Below are positions 10,251-20,836 of a stretch of 40,265 nucleotides of DNA, in pieces; within the stretch, counting starts at the first letter, position 1; each line of letters opens with the position of its first letter. A program made the position numbers and the translations under genes. Below the pieces are notes generated by a model. The model had not been told where the DNA came from and searched no databases. It saw only the letters and a program-made list of their open reading frames with translations. Source of the stretch: Chiloscyllium plagiosum (Eukaryota); the NCBI RefSeq assembly GCF_004010195.1, contig NC_057752.1:5783055-5823319 (forward strand), read 5' to 3'.

Positions 10251-10920
10251 GCTCTGCCAACCGGGTCAAGTCGTACTCCAGGGCTAGATGACCAGGGAAG
10301 TCGTATTCATAACACAGCCGAACAGGTTAACATTCAACCTGCAAATCCTTTTAACCCGATAGCAGGCAGTCAGAGCAGGAGAGATTCAGGGTCAGCCTGA
10401 ATGGAATGGAAAGAAATTGGACCCTCTACCATCACTGCCCATTGATCCTGACTACAACATATACAGTATATAGAATGCAACATGTAATTGAATGTGGAAT
10501 TGTCATGAACGTGAAGCACATTTACGTGAAACTCAACATGTAATTGAAATACAGTCATCTGAAATGCAACAGCCCGAGTGGTCTATAACACACCATCATA
10601 AGGGGCAGGGTGGGGAGCTGGGCTAGCAGGATGCAGATGAATGGGAGAACAGGCTGGCGGGGCTGAATGGCCTCTGTCTGTCCCCATGTAACTCCATTGG
10701 GAAGCGTGTGACTGTGGAAAGAGATGGACAGCATTCTGAAGTGGTATGTGTGTAATTTTGCAGGCGCCTGTGTTAAGCTCAGGTCTCTGCCACTTAGTAA
10801 TGTTGCAACAAACAAGCTGAAGGACCATTTCTGCATCTCGGTTCAGCGACCAGCTTCGCTTAAATGTGTAAAGCCTTGGAATTGCACCTCGGTGACCCTC
10901 ATGTTCTTGTGCCCGAGCAG

Positions 10921-11285
10921 GTTTTCGGGAAAGCGCCTTCATGTTTTCGCTGCTGGCCGCGGGGGTTACCCACTCAGTGGCGACAGCCTGTAGCCTGGGG
11001 AAGCTCCGGGGCTGCGGCTGCGACCTCAAGCGGAGGGAAGACGACCAGAACCTGCGCTTCAAACTCCACCAGCTCCGGGTGCAGGCCCTGACCCAGGGCA
11101 TCCCAGTCTCGATCCTCGAGCCCGAACAGCGTTACCCCGGCCTCCAGGACTCCTGGGAGCGGGGGGACTGCAACCATGACATCGAATTCGGGGAGAAGTT
11201 CTCCAGGGACTTTCTGGACTCCCGGGAAACCTCGAGAGACATCCATGGGAGAATGAGACTGCACAACAACAAGCTGGGAAGACAG
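10921..11285 (+). CDS. wnt10b: Wnt10b coding exon 3
   Basis: Acceptor AG at 10919-10920. Encodes (G)[33 protein letters not shown]...[20 protein letters not shown]...[12 protein letters not shown]. Donor CAG|GTAAAC at 11285/11286 is phase 0. Confidence 0.96.
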
Positions 11286-13618
11286 GTAAACACATCTGTG
11301 TGTCTGGACCATTCATTAGTCAGTCTGGTGCCCGTCGTTTTGTCCAGAACCTGTGTCAGTGAAACTGATCCTTAGTATACTCTGGGATGAAAGGAAGGTC
11401 AGTTTAAAATGTTCCAATTCTATCTCGGTAATATGATCTGAGAATTTTGGTGTATTTCAGTTCTACAGCAACCAATATCCCACTAGTTCTAAATAAAAGC
11501 TGCTCCGACTTGTAGCTGAGTGTTAAACAGCGCCAATCAGCATGTTAGCGGCGCCAAAGAGCATATTAGCGGCGCTCAATTATCTTACGGGGGAATTGTA
11601 CCTGTGCCTGCTGAATTGTCATCTGTTTGTCTTTAAATCAGAAAGGAAGGCCGCCGATGTTTGTAGCATTAGCAGTTCAGTCCCTCAGGCTGGCAGTGAA
11701 GGGTTGTAAACCAGGTTTGGGGAAGTGCTGTCCTGTCCTAGTTGAGTGTGAAATGCCTGAATCTCGATTGAGCCAGTGTCGCTAATTATAGTTTGGGCTG
11801 TGATCCAGGCAACAGCTGATCGTGTTCAAAAGACACAAATGCTAAACCAAAGACGAGAGTTATGCAATCTGAAAAAAAGGGGGATAAGTATCTCCTTGTC
11901 TTGGGTCTTGCTTTTCTGGTCATTTCAACAATCCAACAGAGCCATCTTATGAGAGATGTTAAATCCTCAGCCAAACCTGTTTCTCAAGGGCACGAAGATC
12001 AGGATAATGGATAGAAGTGGCTGTAGTTTATATGCTAGCACAGATGAAATGTAGCTATTATTAACATAAATCCTTAACAATTTATATATCCATGTTGTCC
12101 TGAAAGCACGTTTGAATAAGCTGAGTATGCCAATGAGCTGAATGCATGGGCACACAGTGCCAATATGGTGACTAGTTGGAACACTCATGCTTTGGCACAG
12201 GAGTGTAATGATGCCTGTGTGACCATGGCAGAATATTGGCTCAAATTGGCAAGTTTTGGTTTTGGTTTGAAGACACTGTCTGCTTTTAATTAGTTTTTTT
12301 AAAATTACTGCTAGTTGCCCCACCTCTTACCTTTACTAACCATCTGAGAATAGTAGGCTGTCTTCTGTGATTAGGATTATGTCTGACTGGAATCTATATT
12401 GCAGTCTTTACTGATTTGGCAGCTTTCTGCTTGAAATGTATCATTTAATTCTTCAACATAGGAAGAATCCATTTTCAGTGCATGCAGGAAGTTGATCAGG
12501 AAATCCCTGCTCACTCCAACTCTTTCTGATTGATTTCACTCATCCTCAATTTCTTAACACCAGTAATTTGAGGAAAAGCCTCCCACACTCAATTAAACTG
12601 AAACCAGGCAGATGTGAGTTAATAGGGCCCAGGAGGGCATACACACAACCATCGCAATGAGAAATGTCCCTCCATGTACCACATTTCAACTTCTGAAGAA
12701 GAGTTTCATTCATAAGTTTTGTTAAATCTTTCAGCCAGCATCAAGATAGTCCTTCTATATCTGGTGACAGACCTTCTTTTTAACTATTCAAGTCTTTCCC
12801 AATGATCATTTAAAATGTGATATGAATTGAGAACTGAAGGTCCATTTCTGCAATTTTAGTGAATAGTAAATAATAGAGATTGGTAGGAAGCTATTTAGCC
12901 CCCCACACCCTTGCCTTCATTATTCATTAAATCTATCTATGTCAAAACCAGGTGCACATTCCATTGGAAGTTGCTATGTAAATACTTCCTGTGAGAATTC
13001 TCACTTTAAGACCACCACATTTACTGTGAAGATAGTAAGTGGCACTATAGCAGGAATCTCAATGTTAGGCCTCACTTGCTTGTCACAGTACCCTCAGTGT
13101 CTTGGAATCCTGTTGATTTATTCTCAGTGCTCCTATAGAACTCTCTCTACTGTGTGTGCATTTGATAACTTTCTTTTTCACTTTTTAAAATTTAAATCTT
13201 AATATCTTGCTGACTTTCCAATCATTCTGAGTTTCCCTTCAATTTGGTCCCACTAAGGTCTTGATTTTGGCCTCGTTTTCAACATTCTTAATCTCCTAAA
13301 TAATCTGCCTTTCATCTAATTTTTTTCCATTTCCACCCCACTCTTCATGAACATTATCTTGTGTGTGTGCTTGCCTCTGCTCTGGTTCCAGATGAACCAG
13401 CATTACCACCATTTTTGCCAATGTCGGTGCCCAATGGCCACAATTGCTTTCCATCTTCACCATTGATCTCATCTTCCATCACAGATACTGTGCCATCAAT
13501 TAATTGTAAGCTTGCTTTTTAGCAACTGAGGGTGGTTTATCTGGAATCCTCCTTGGCCATTTGCAGGTTATCCTACATCACAATTTACTTTGAAGGGACA
13601 GTAAAAGAAAAGAATATT

Positions 13619-13904
13619 CAAAGTTTGTGAGAAGATTTGTAGCTCGGGTGCTCGTTGCTGTGGTTCTGTTCGCCGAGCTGGAAGTCTTTGTTGCAAACGT
13701 TTCGTCCCCTGTCTAGGTGACATCCTCAGTGCTTGGGAGCCTCCTGTGAAGCGCTTCTGTGGTGTTTCCTCCGGCATTTATAGTGGCCTGTCCCTGCTGC
13801 TTCCGGTTGACAACACAGGAGGCTCCCAAGGACTGAGGATGTCACCTAGAAAGGGGACGAAACGTTTGCAACAAAAACTTCCAGCTCGGCGAACAGAACC
13901 ACAG
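13619..13904. mobile_element. Penelope-derived element with 91-bp inverted repeats, hammerhead motifs and target-site duplication
   Basis: Arms 13658-13748 and 13814-13904 differ by 3 mismatches by eye. Flanked by the direct repeat AAAAGAATATT (13608-13618, 13905-13915). Each arm has CTGAGGA...GAAACGTT. Confidence 0.82.
13693..13732 (-). ncRNA. Minimal hammerhead ribozyme motif (antisense to wnt10b)
   Basis: The minus strand reads GCA-CUGAGGA-U-GUCACCU-AGAC-AGGGGAC-GAAA-CG-UU-UGC. Core, helix II, palindromic helix III (ACGU), GUU triplet and 3-bp helix I are all present. Confidence 0.6.
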
Positions 13905-15389
13905 AAAAGAATATTATTTAAATGGTAAAAAAAGCAGAAAGCTGTAACACAAGGAAACTTGGGGTGTACTTGTACACAAAACACAGAAAGCTAACAGACA
14001 GGGGCAGCAGGTAAGCAGGAAGACTAATGGACTGTTAGCTTTATTTCAAGGGGGTTGGAGTATAATGGTAGGTAAGTCTTACTGCAACTGTACAAGGTGC
14101 TGGTGAGACCATATCTGGAGTATTGAGAGCAGTTTTGGTCCTCTTATTTAAGAAAAGATATCATTTCATTGGAGGCAGTTCAAAGAGGGTTCACTGGGAT
14201 GATCCCCAGTATGGAGGGACGGCCTTATGAGCAAAGGCTAAACAGGTTGGGACTCTCATTGGAATTTAGAATAATGAGAGGTAATCTCATTGAAATATAT
14301 AGAATTCCTAAGGGACTTAACAGGGTAAATGCTAAGAGGATGTTTCCCCTCATGGGAGAGTCGAGGACCAGACGGCATAGTCTCAACATAAAGGGGAACC
14401 AATTTAAGACCGAGATGAAAAGGAATTTCTTCTCTCAGAGGCTTATGAGTCTTCAGAACTGCACATCACAGAGAGCTGTTGGGGCAGAGCTCTTGTGTAT
14501 ATTTAAGGCTGAGATAGATAGATCCTTGACCAGTCAGGGAGTCAAGGGTTATGGGGAAAGGGCTGGAAAGTGAACATGAAGAATGGTGCATCAGCCATGC
14601 TCCTATTGAATGGCAGAGAGGCTCAAGGGGCCAAATGTTCCTATTTCTGATGGTTTTGATGAGCTGAGGCAGCAACAAAGTTGAGCTATATTACAGAGGT
14701 GGACATGAGTAGTCTTTTATGTAACAAATCAGCAATACATCCCACTAGAAATGCACAATCCTTTGAGAAAACAAAGCCAGCAGTTCCCAATGTTGCACTC
14801 ATTGACTGATGAAACAAAACAGACAGTGAAATGGTTTACAACAACAAACAAAGATTCATTACAACAAATATCATTCAACACATATCATGGCATCCCCCCA
14901 TACATCTTTTGGTAAACTTACATATGCACACAAATTGCAGCACAGGAATACGGATAAATTATGACAAGGTACAAATATCACGACCAGCAACAAATTAACT
15001 GAAATTGAAACATCGACTGTGAGTCAAGTTGCACAGAGAAATCAGACGCACAGAATGAGAGAGCAATACAGTAGGAGCCACTGTGAGCAATGTCGCAGAT
15101 CTGCCAGGAATATATTATACCCCTGAAATTGGGAACTGAAATGTCCCAAGCCCATTAAAATCTCTGGCTGAGCCTGTAAATGATGCATATTGTTCTTAGT
15201 TGGTCCTCAGTCATAGACATAGTCATTTTGAACTTTGAGTCATACAGCACAGAAACAGATCAACTTGCAGATAGTGAGAAGGCAGAAAAGAGACAGCAGC
15301 AAACCTGAGGTCTTATCCTGCTTTTTCCATGATGGGTGCAGATATGCTGCTGCACATTTCCATATTCCTAGCATTTTCCCTTTATTTTT

Positions 15390-15655
15390 GGAAGGGATTC
15401 TACTGCAATGTTTTGGACGAAGAGAGGGGTATTCTTTCTGGTGTCCTGGCCAATGTTTTATTTCTCAATCAGCATCACAAAAGCAGATTATCTGATCGCA
15501 TTGCCACTTTCAAGAGCTTGCTGTGCGCAAATTGGCTGCTGCACTTCCAACCTTGCAATGGTGTTCACAGCTCGATAAAGGCCTCATTAGCATAAAGCAC
15601 GTTTGGGATGCCCTGGAGGAAAAAAGGCGCTATGTAAATACAAGTCTTTCTTTTC
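15390..15655 (+). mobile_element. Deu-domain SINE fragment (SacSINE1/AmnSINE1-like)
   Basis: ggtgtcctggccaatgtttt...gagcttgctgtgcgcaaattggctgctgc..ttcc...aggcgctatgtaaatacaagtctttcttt resembles the Deu domain and tail. Homologous to 28178-28590 and 37365-37832. Confidence 0.75.
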
Positions 15656-15933
15656 TTTCTCATTTTTCCAGTGAAGAAGCACCTTTCCCCCACTCACATC
15701 TCTGCCCTCCCAGCTATCTATGAGCAGGACCGCCAGAGATTTACAAGTATGTCATAGATTGGACTGCTCCAGGCAAGGATAGACTAGCATCTGATAACAG
15801 GGGTCCTATCAGATCATTCACTTTGATTTGTGTGTTGTATTCAGAGGGTGATGGAGAGGGGTTAGTCAGTCTGTTCATTGCTCTAGTCCTTCCTTTGCTC
15901 TTTCTGTTTGATTGCTTTTCTTCTGAATTTCAG

Positions 15934-16392
15934 GCAGTGATTGACAACATGAAACGCAAGTGTAAATGTCACGGCACCTCCGGCAGTTGCCAGTTTAAAA
16001 CTTGCTGGCAGGTGACCCCTGATTTTCGACGGGTCGGGGCTGTGTTGAAGGAGCGATTCCAGAACGCGGTCTTCATCAAAACGCACAATAAAAATACAGG
16101 CCAGTTCAGCCTGAAGCCCAGCAGGAAGAGGATTTACAAGGACATGGTGTACTTTGAGAAATCTCCTGATTTCTGTGAGAAGGACCTTGGCACGGACTCT
16201 CCAGGCACACGGGGAAGGGTCTGCAATAAGACAAGCCCGGGGATGGACAACTGTGACAGCTTATGCTGTGGGAGAGGGCACAACATCCTGAAGCAGAGCC
16301 GCAGTGAGCGGTGCCACTGCCGGTTCCACTGGTGTTGCTATGTGTTGTGCGATGAGTGCAGGGTGAGCGAGTGGGTCAACGTGTGCAAGTAA
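15934..16392 (+). CDS. wnt10b: Wnt10b last coding exon
   Basis: Polypyrimidine tract plus CAG at 15931-15933. Encodes [25 protein letters not shown] (Wnt signature with the palmitoleoylated Ser)...[10 protein letters not shown]...[29 protein letters not shown] at 16390-16392. Confidence 0.97.
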   Translation, partial: AVIDNMKRKCKCHGTSGSCQFKTCWQVTPDFRRVGAVLKERFQNAVFIKTHNKNTGQFSLKPSRKRIYKDMVYFEKSPDFCEKDLGTDSPGTRGRVCNKTSPGMDNCDSLCCGRGHNILKQSRSERCHCRFHWCCYVLCDECRVSEWVNVCK

Positions 16393-17780
16393 ACCATCAC
16401 AACGCTGCCCACACCGGACCAACTTCATTCTCATGCAATACAGACTCTTTCTGTCTTTTTTTTCCACTACATATTTTAATGGACAAAAGGCGTACCCAAG
16501 TGTAACATGACTGGAGGCTGTCCTTGTCACAATTGATTGACAGACATCAGTTTGACATTATAGGGGAGGGGATGAAAGCAACAGCACGTTTGCTAAAGAT
16601 CTCTTTGGCATCATCTAATCCTTGCAGCAACTGATTGAGAAGGGGAAATTACCAAGGAGCTAAAGGTCTTAAGAGGCCATCTCAAACACGGTGGTTTATC
16701 TTATTAGCTCAGCTTGGTGTCTTGGTTGGGGGGGGGGGGGGGTGGATAGGTACCTCTGAGTTTCTGAGTCCTTTAAAAGCTGCCTCATCCCACTCCTAAC
16801 CTATGGATATATTCTTGAACTTGCACCTGGTGCTATCACTGAGGTGAATGTCTGTGCCAACCCTTCCTAATGTGTACAGGGGCTCCAGCATGACCCTGTT
16901 TATTAAGTCTCTTCCACTTTCTCGCAGCCTGTGCCCACTACAGTTGGAACTGCCACTCTGCTTATTCTCTGGCCAGCGGCATTTTCAGAATGAACACAAC
17001 AATCCGCCCCGCCCTGCCCCCTGCAGTGTTCAGCATGTTGGTGGGATCACTGACAGAGGAGATGGCTTGCTGTAAGATCTGTACGCATTGTAGCAGCATG
17101 GATCCAGGATTGTCATTCATGGGGATAACGGATGTAAAAGTGATCCCACAGCAAAGATGAGCACAGCAGAAACCTGAGCTACATTCAGTGTCAATAGCCA
17201 CCATCAACAAACATGAGGCAGCACCTTGTTACTAAGTTTGTGTCCCTCATAAAAGGGCCAGTTCAGTTCTTACAAGCTGGACCTGTAGCAGGGGAATGGT
17301 TGGGGAAATAGAGCAGTGAGAACCAAAGACACCTTACAAGAGAGATATTTTCAAAGTGCAGCAGGAAGGTGGAGTAGTTGTGGTAGAGAGGTGCAATGAT
17401 TGCAAGATCAGTCCCCACTGGTTAAGCAGAAAGAATGAAAGAGCAGCAGCAATCCTGAGCCAGAGGAATGGAGAGGTCTGGGTGGGTACCCCCTGGAGAT
17501 GATTACTCATACACTGAGGAGAAACCATGGAGGGATTCGAAACTGAGGATGAACTCAATCCCTGGGCCACCAAGAGTCGGGAGAGGACAAAGATGGCTTT
17601 AGCGGGCATCACTAGGCAAGTGAGAGCATGGGCAAGAGAGGTTTGTATTATTTGAGGATTGAAGGGTGCAAATGAAAGGAAAGCTAAGGAGAACACCTCA
17701 AAGTTCTGATGGATAGGCATAATAGAAAACAAAAGAAGCTGCTAATGTTTTGGAAGCTGCAGAAAGATGGAATCTCAAGC

Positions 17781-17935
17781 CATAGAGTCACAGAGATGTA
17801 CAGCACGGAAACAGACCCTTCAGTCCAACCCATCCACGCCGACCAGATATCCCAAATCAATCTAATCCCACCTGCCAGCACCCGGACCATATCCCTCCAA
17901 ACCCTTCCTTATTTATATACCCATCCAAATGCTTT
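17781..17935 (-). mobile_element. CR1-like LINE extreme 3' end
   Basis: catagagtcacagagatgtacagcacggaaacagaccctt... is the reverse complement of the CR1 tail. Confidence 0.88.
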
Positions 17936-18198
17936 TTCAGGTCAGGATCCAGTAACCTTAGGACATCACTGGGCTCAGCCTGAACAGTTGTTCAGACTGA
18001 GTGCCAGAGGCAGGTAAACATTGGCAAAAGTTAGAGAAACTGATGTTAGTTTTGACAGACCAAAGTGGACCGTATAGTGCAGACGTGTGTTGATCAAGGC
18101 ATGTAGCTGCACAGATGAAGCATTGTGTGTGGAATAAGAAATGGAATGTTGTTGAGCTGGATTTTTACTTTAGCCAAATGCCACTCCAAGTTCTCACC

Positions 18199-18565
18199 TT
18201 TATAGAGGTTTATAAAATCATGAGGGGCATAGATAGACTAAATAGACAAAGTCTTTTCCCTGGGGTGGGGGATTCCAGAGCTAGAGGGTATAGGTTTAGG
18301 GAGAGGGGGGAAAGATATAAAAGGGACCTAAGGGGCAACTTTTTAACGCAGAGGGTGGGGCATTTATGGAATGAGCTGCCAGAGGAAGTGGTGCAGGCAA
18401 GTACAATCGCAACATTTAAAAGGCATCTGGATGGATATAGGAAAGGTTTAGAGGGATATGGGCCAAGTGCTGGCAAATGGGACTAGATTAGGTTGGGATA
18501 TCTGGTCGGCATGGATGAGTTGGACCGAAGTGTCTATTTTCGTGCTGTACATCTCTATGACTCTA
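18199..18565 (+). mobile_element. CR1-like LINE 3' fragment (young family)
   Basis: Translates to IEVYKIMRGIDRLNRQSLFPGVGDSRARGYRFRERGERYKRDLRGNFLTQRV..LWNELPEEVV, followed by the tail tctatgactcta. Confidence 0.93.
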
Positions 18566-18827
18566 AAGTGGAAGAAGATCAAATACCAGTTCAGATCAAA
18601 CAATGGAAGCTCATGGGGGTTGTTTGAAACACACTGTTAGCATGAAAGGAACCCAGAGACTGTCTGTTCTGCTCAGTTTTAATTTCAGAATCACTTTGAT
18701 AAATCAAGTACAAAGGATTTCCTGTTAAATTACATATCACTTATTATTTAACAAATATTCTGCCTCCTTATTAACTCACATTACAGCCCAGGAGGTTCAA
18801 ATCCTTCTTAACAAAGTGTTCAGTGAG

Positions 18828-19165
18828 GTGGTGGCCGAGTGATATTATTGCTCGAATATTAAACCAGTGACCCAGCTAGTGTTCCACAGATTTGAGTTCA
18901 AATCCCACCATGGCAGATGGTAGAGTCTGAATTCAAAAGAAAAATCTGGAATTAAGAGTCTAATGATGATCATGAATCCATTGTCGATTGTTGGAAAAAC
19001 CCATCTGGTTCACTAATTTCCTTTAGGGAAGGGAACTGCCATCCTTACTTGGTCTGGCCCACATGTGACTTCAGACCCACAGCAATGCGGTTGACTTTTA
19101 ACTGCCCTCTGGACAATAAATGTGGCTGAGCCAGCGATGCCCACATCCTGTAAATGAATTTTAAA
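18828..19165 (+). mobile_element. tRNA-derived SINE with LINE-derived tail
   Basis: A-box-like ggtggccgagtg and B box gagttcaaatccc. The tail caataaatg.ggc..agccagcgatgcccacatcc is shared with the LINE end at 29290-29515. Confidence 0.75.
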
Positions 19166-19484
19166 AATGTGGTGGCTTGGCAAACCTTTGGAATTCAGTT
19201 CTGTGTGGTAGAGGCTGAAGTGGGTGGGGGAGGAAGTAGTGCTTGAACCTTTGGGTGGGGGGGGGGGGCGTGGCGCGGTGGAAATGCAGTGTAAAGAAAT
19301 GCTTGCCCTGCCAAACCTGTGCCACAACCTGCCAATACTTTGCAAGTGATCTGCGATTATTCCCAACCCATAAAGTGCACTTTGAAATGGAAATTGGCTG
19401 GAACAGCTGAAGAAAGATGTTGGAACTTCAAAGTCAGGTGCTGAAACTGCTTGGTGAATCAGCCTAATTAAAATTTAACAATCT

Positions 19485-20145
19485 AGTCGACTGCACTTGC
19501 TGCTCACAATGTGGTCTCCTCTACATTGGGAAAATGAAGCGCAGATTGGGTGACTGCTTTGCAGAACATCTATATTCTGTCCGCAAAAAAAAATCCCCTG
19601 TGTTTCCAGTTGCCTGCCACTTCAACACACACCCTGTTCCCTGGACAACATCCCTAACTCAGGCTTACTACTGTGTTCCAATGCAGTTCAGCGCAAGCTG
19701 GAAGAACAGCACCTCATTTTCCACTTGGGAACTCTACAGCCTTCTAGGCTCAATATCAAGTTCAACAATGTTAGGGCTTGAGGCACCTTTTCCCATGTCT
19801 TTACTCCCAGCCCCTTCACACCAGGCCTTGCTATCACATGGTCTGCCAAAACACATAACTCATTGTTAGCCACTAATTGTCCATTGTTAGCTATTCATTC
19901 TCCTAGGCTGATTGTTATCCACTCCTTTGCCTGTCCAACTGTTCTTCTCTCTCTTTGGGCTCTATCTCTATCTATTGTTTACTCCTTATCTCAACCCTCC
20001 CACCCTATCTTCTGCATAAGAACCAACGTTTTCCTAGCTACTATCAGTTCTGAGGCAGGGTCACTGGACCTGAAATGTTAACTCTGATTTCTGTCCACAG
20101 ATGTTCTACACCTGTTGAGCTTTTCCAGCAATTTCTGTTTTTGTA
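19485..20145 (+). mobile_element. Penelope-like retroelement relic with GIY-YIG endonuclease remnant
   Basis: Frame from 19501 reads CSQCGLLYIGKMKRRLGDCFAEHL...PVACHFN. After a frameshift it reads QRKLEEQHLIFHLGTLQP..LNI. A decayed hammerhead (ctgaggc-agggtc-actg-gacct-gaaa) lies at ~20050-20075. Confidence 0.88.
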
Positions 20146-20730
20146 ATTTATTTAACATCCTGAGGCTTTCATCTGAGGAACACATGGCAAACCTCAGCGG
20201 TGTGCATATTCCAACATGGGCAATGTATGTTTAGGTGGATGCAAGTGTTTTGTCTAAGAACTTATATGTTTTAACAAATATTTAAAACAATTCAATTCAA
20301 CTTCCAGACTTTTGGTAGCAACCTTGGAAATGGCATTATTGACCATTAACTGTCAGCATCCTTCCTCAAGTGCTCTGTTCACCTGTATTGTGCTTATTTC
20401 ATCTGGAATATACCTTCATGTTTTTAACATTTGTATTAATTGTCTGGTTACTTAAACTGCTGTATCTGGATGGCTAACTGGGAAATTTCAGCAATGCTTT
20501 GTCATCTTCAAAGGCAGGGTGCTAAGTGAAAACAATGGTATCTAGACTGGAGGTAAGCAGCAGAAACTCAACACTTGTTTGAGACTTTCCTTCCCCCTTT
20601 AAGATGCAGCGACTACTATTGCCCTGCTCTGAGCAGCACTGTATTCACTCATAGATACAAAGCGGCCCAAGCTTTCCAAATTCTTAGGTGCAAGCCTTTC
20701 CTCATAGCTCACTCTGTAGATATTTCCTAC

Positions 20731-20836
20731 TCAGCCTGTTCAGAGATGTCATGACACATTTCTGGAGCAAGTGGTACTTGAACCCAGGCCTTCAGGCCCA
20801 GAGGTAGGGACATGAGCACTGCTCCACAAGAGCCCC
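20731..20836 (-). mobile_element. tRNA-derived SINE head fragment
   Basis: Similar to 6033-6135 (cctgttcagagatgt...gaaccc.ggcct...ggaca....actg..ccaca). The reverse strand has B box gggttcaagtacc. Confidence 0.55.

Larger units (their letters stand above)
13585..14660 (+). mobile_element. CR1-like LINE 3' fragment interrupted by a nested insertion
   Basis: ORF 14169-14573 EAVQRGFTGMIP...RLNRLGL.SLEFR..RGNLIEIY...FKTEMKRNFFSQR. Collinear with the uninterrupted copy at 32150-32920. Confidence 0.92.

Noticed and set aside
14720..15300. Possible second solo LTR starting TGTAACA
   Set aside because: I could not find a matching terminus or TSD.
4144..16392. Assignment as wnt10a or as a pseudogene
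   Set aside because: [41 protein letters not shown] and EWVNVCK match Wnt10b. The spliced frame is open with canonical splice sites.
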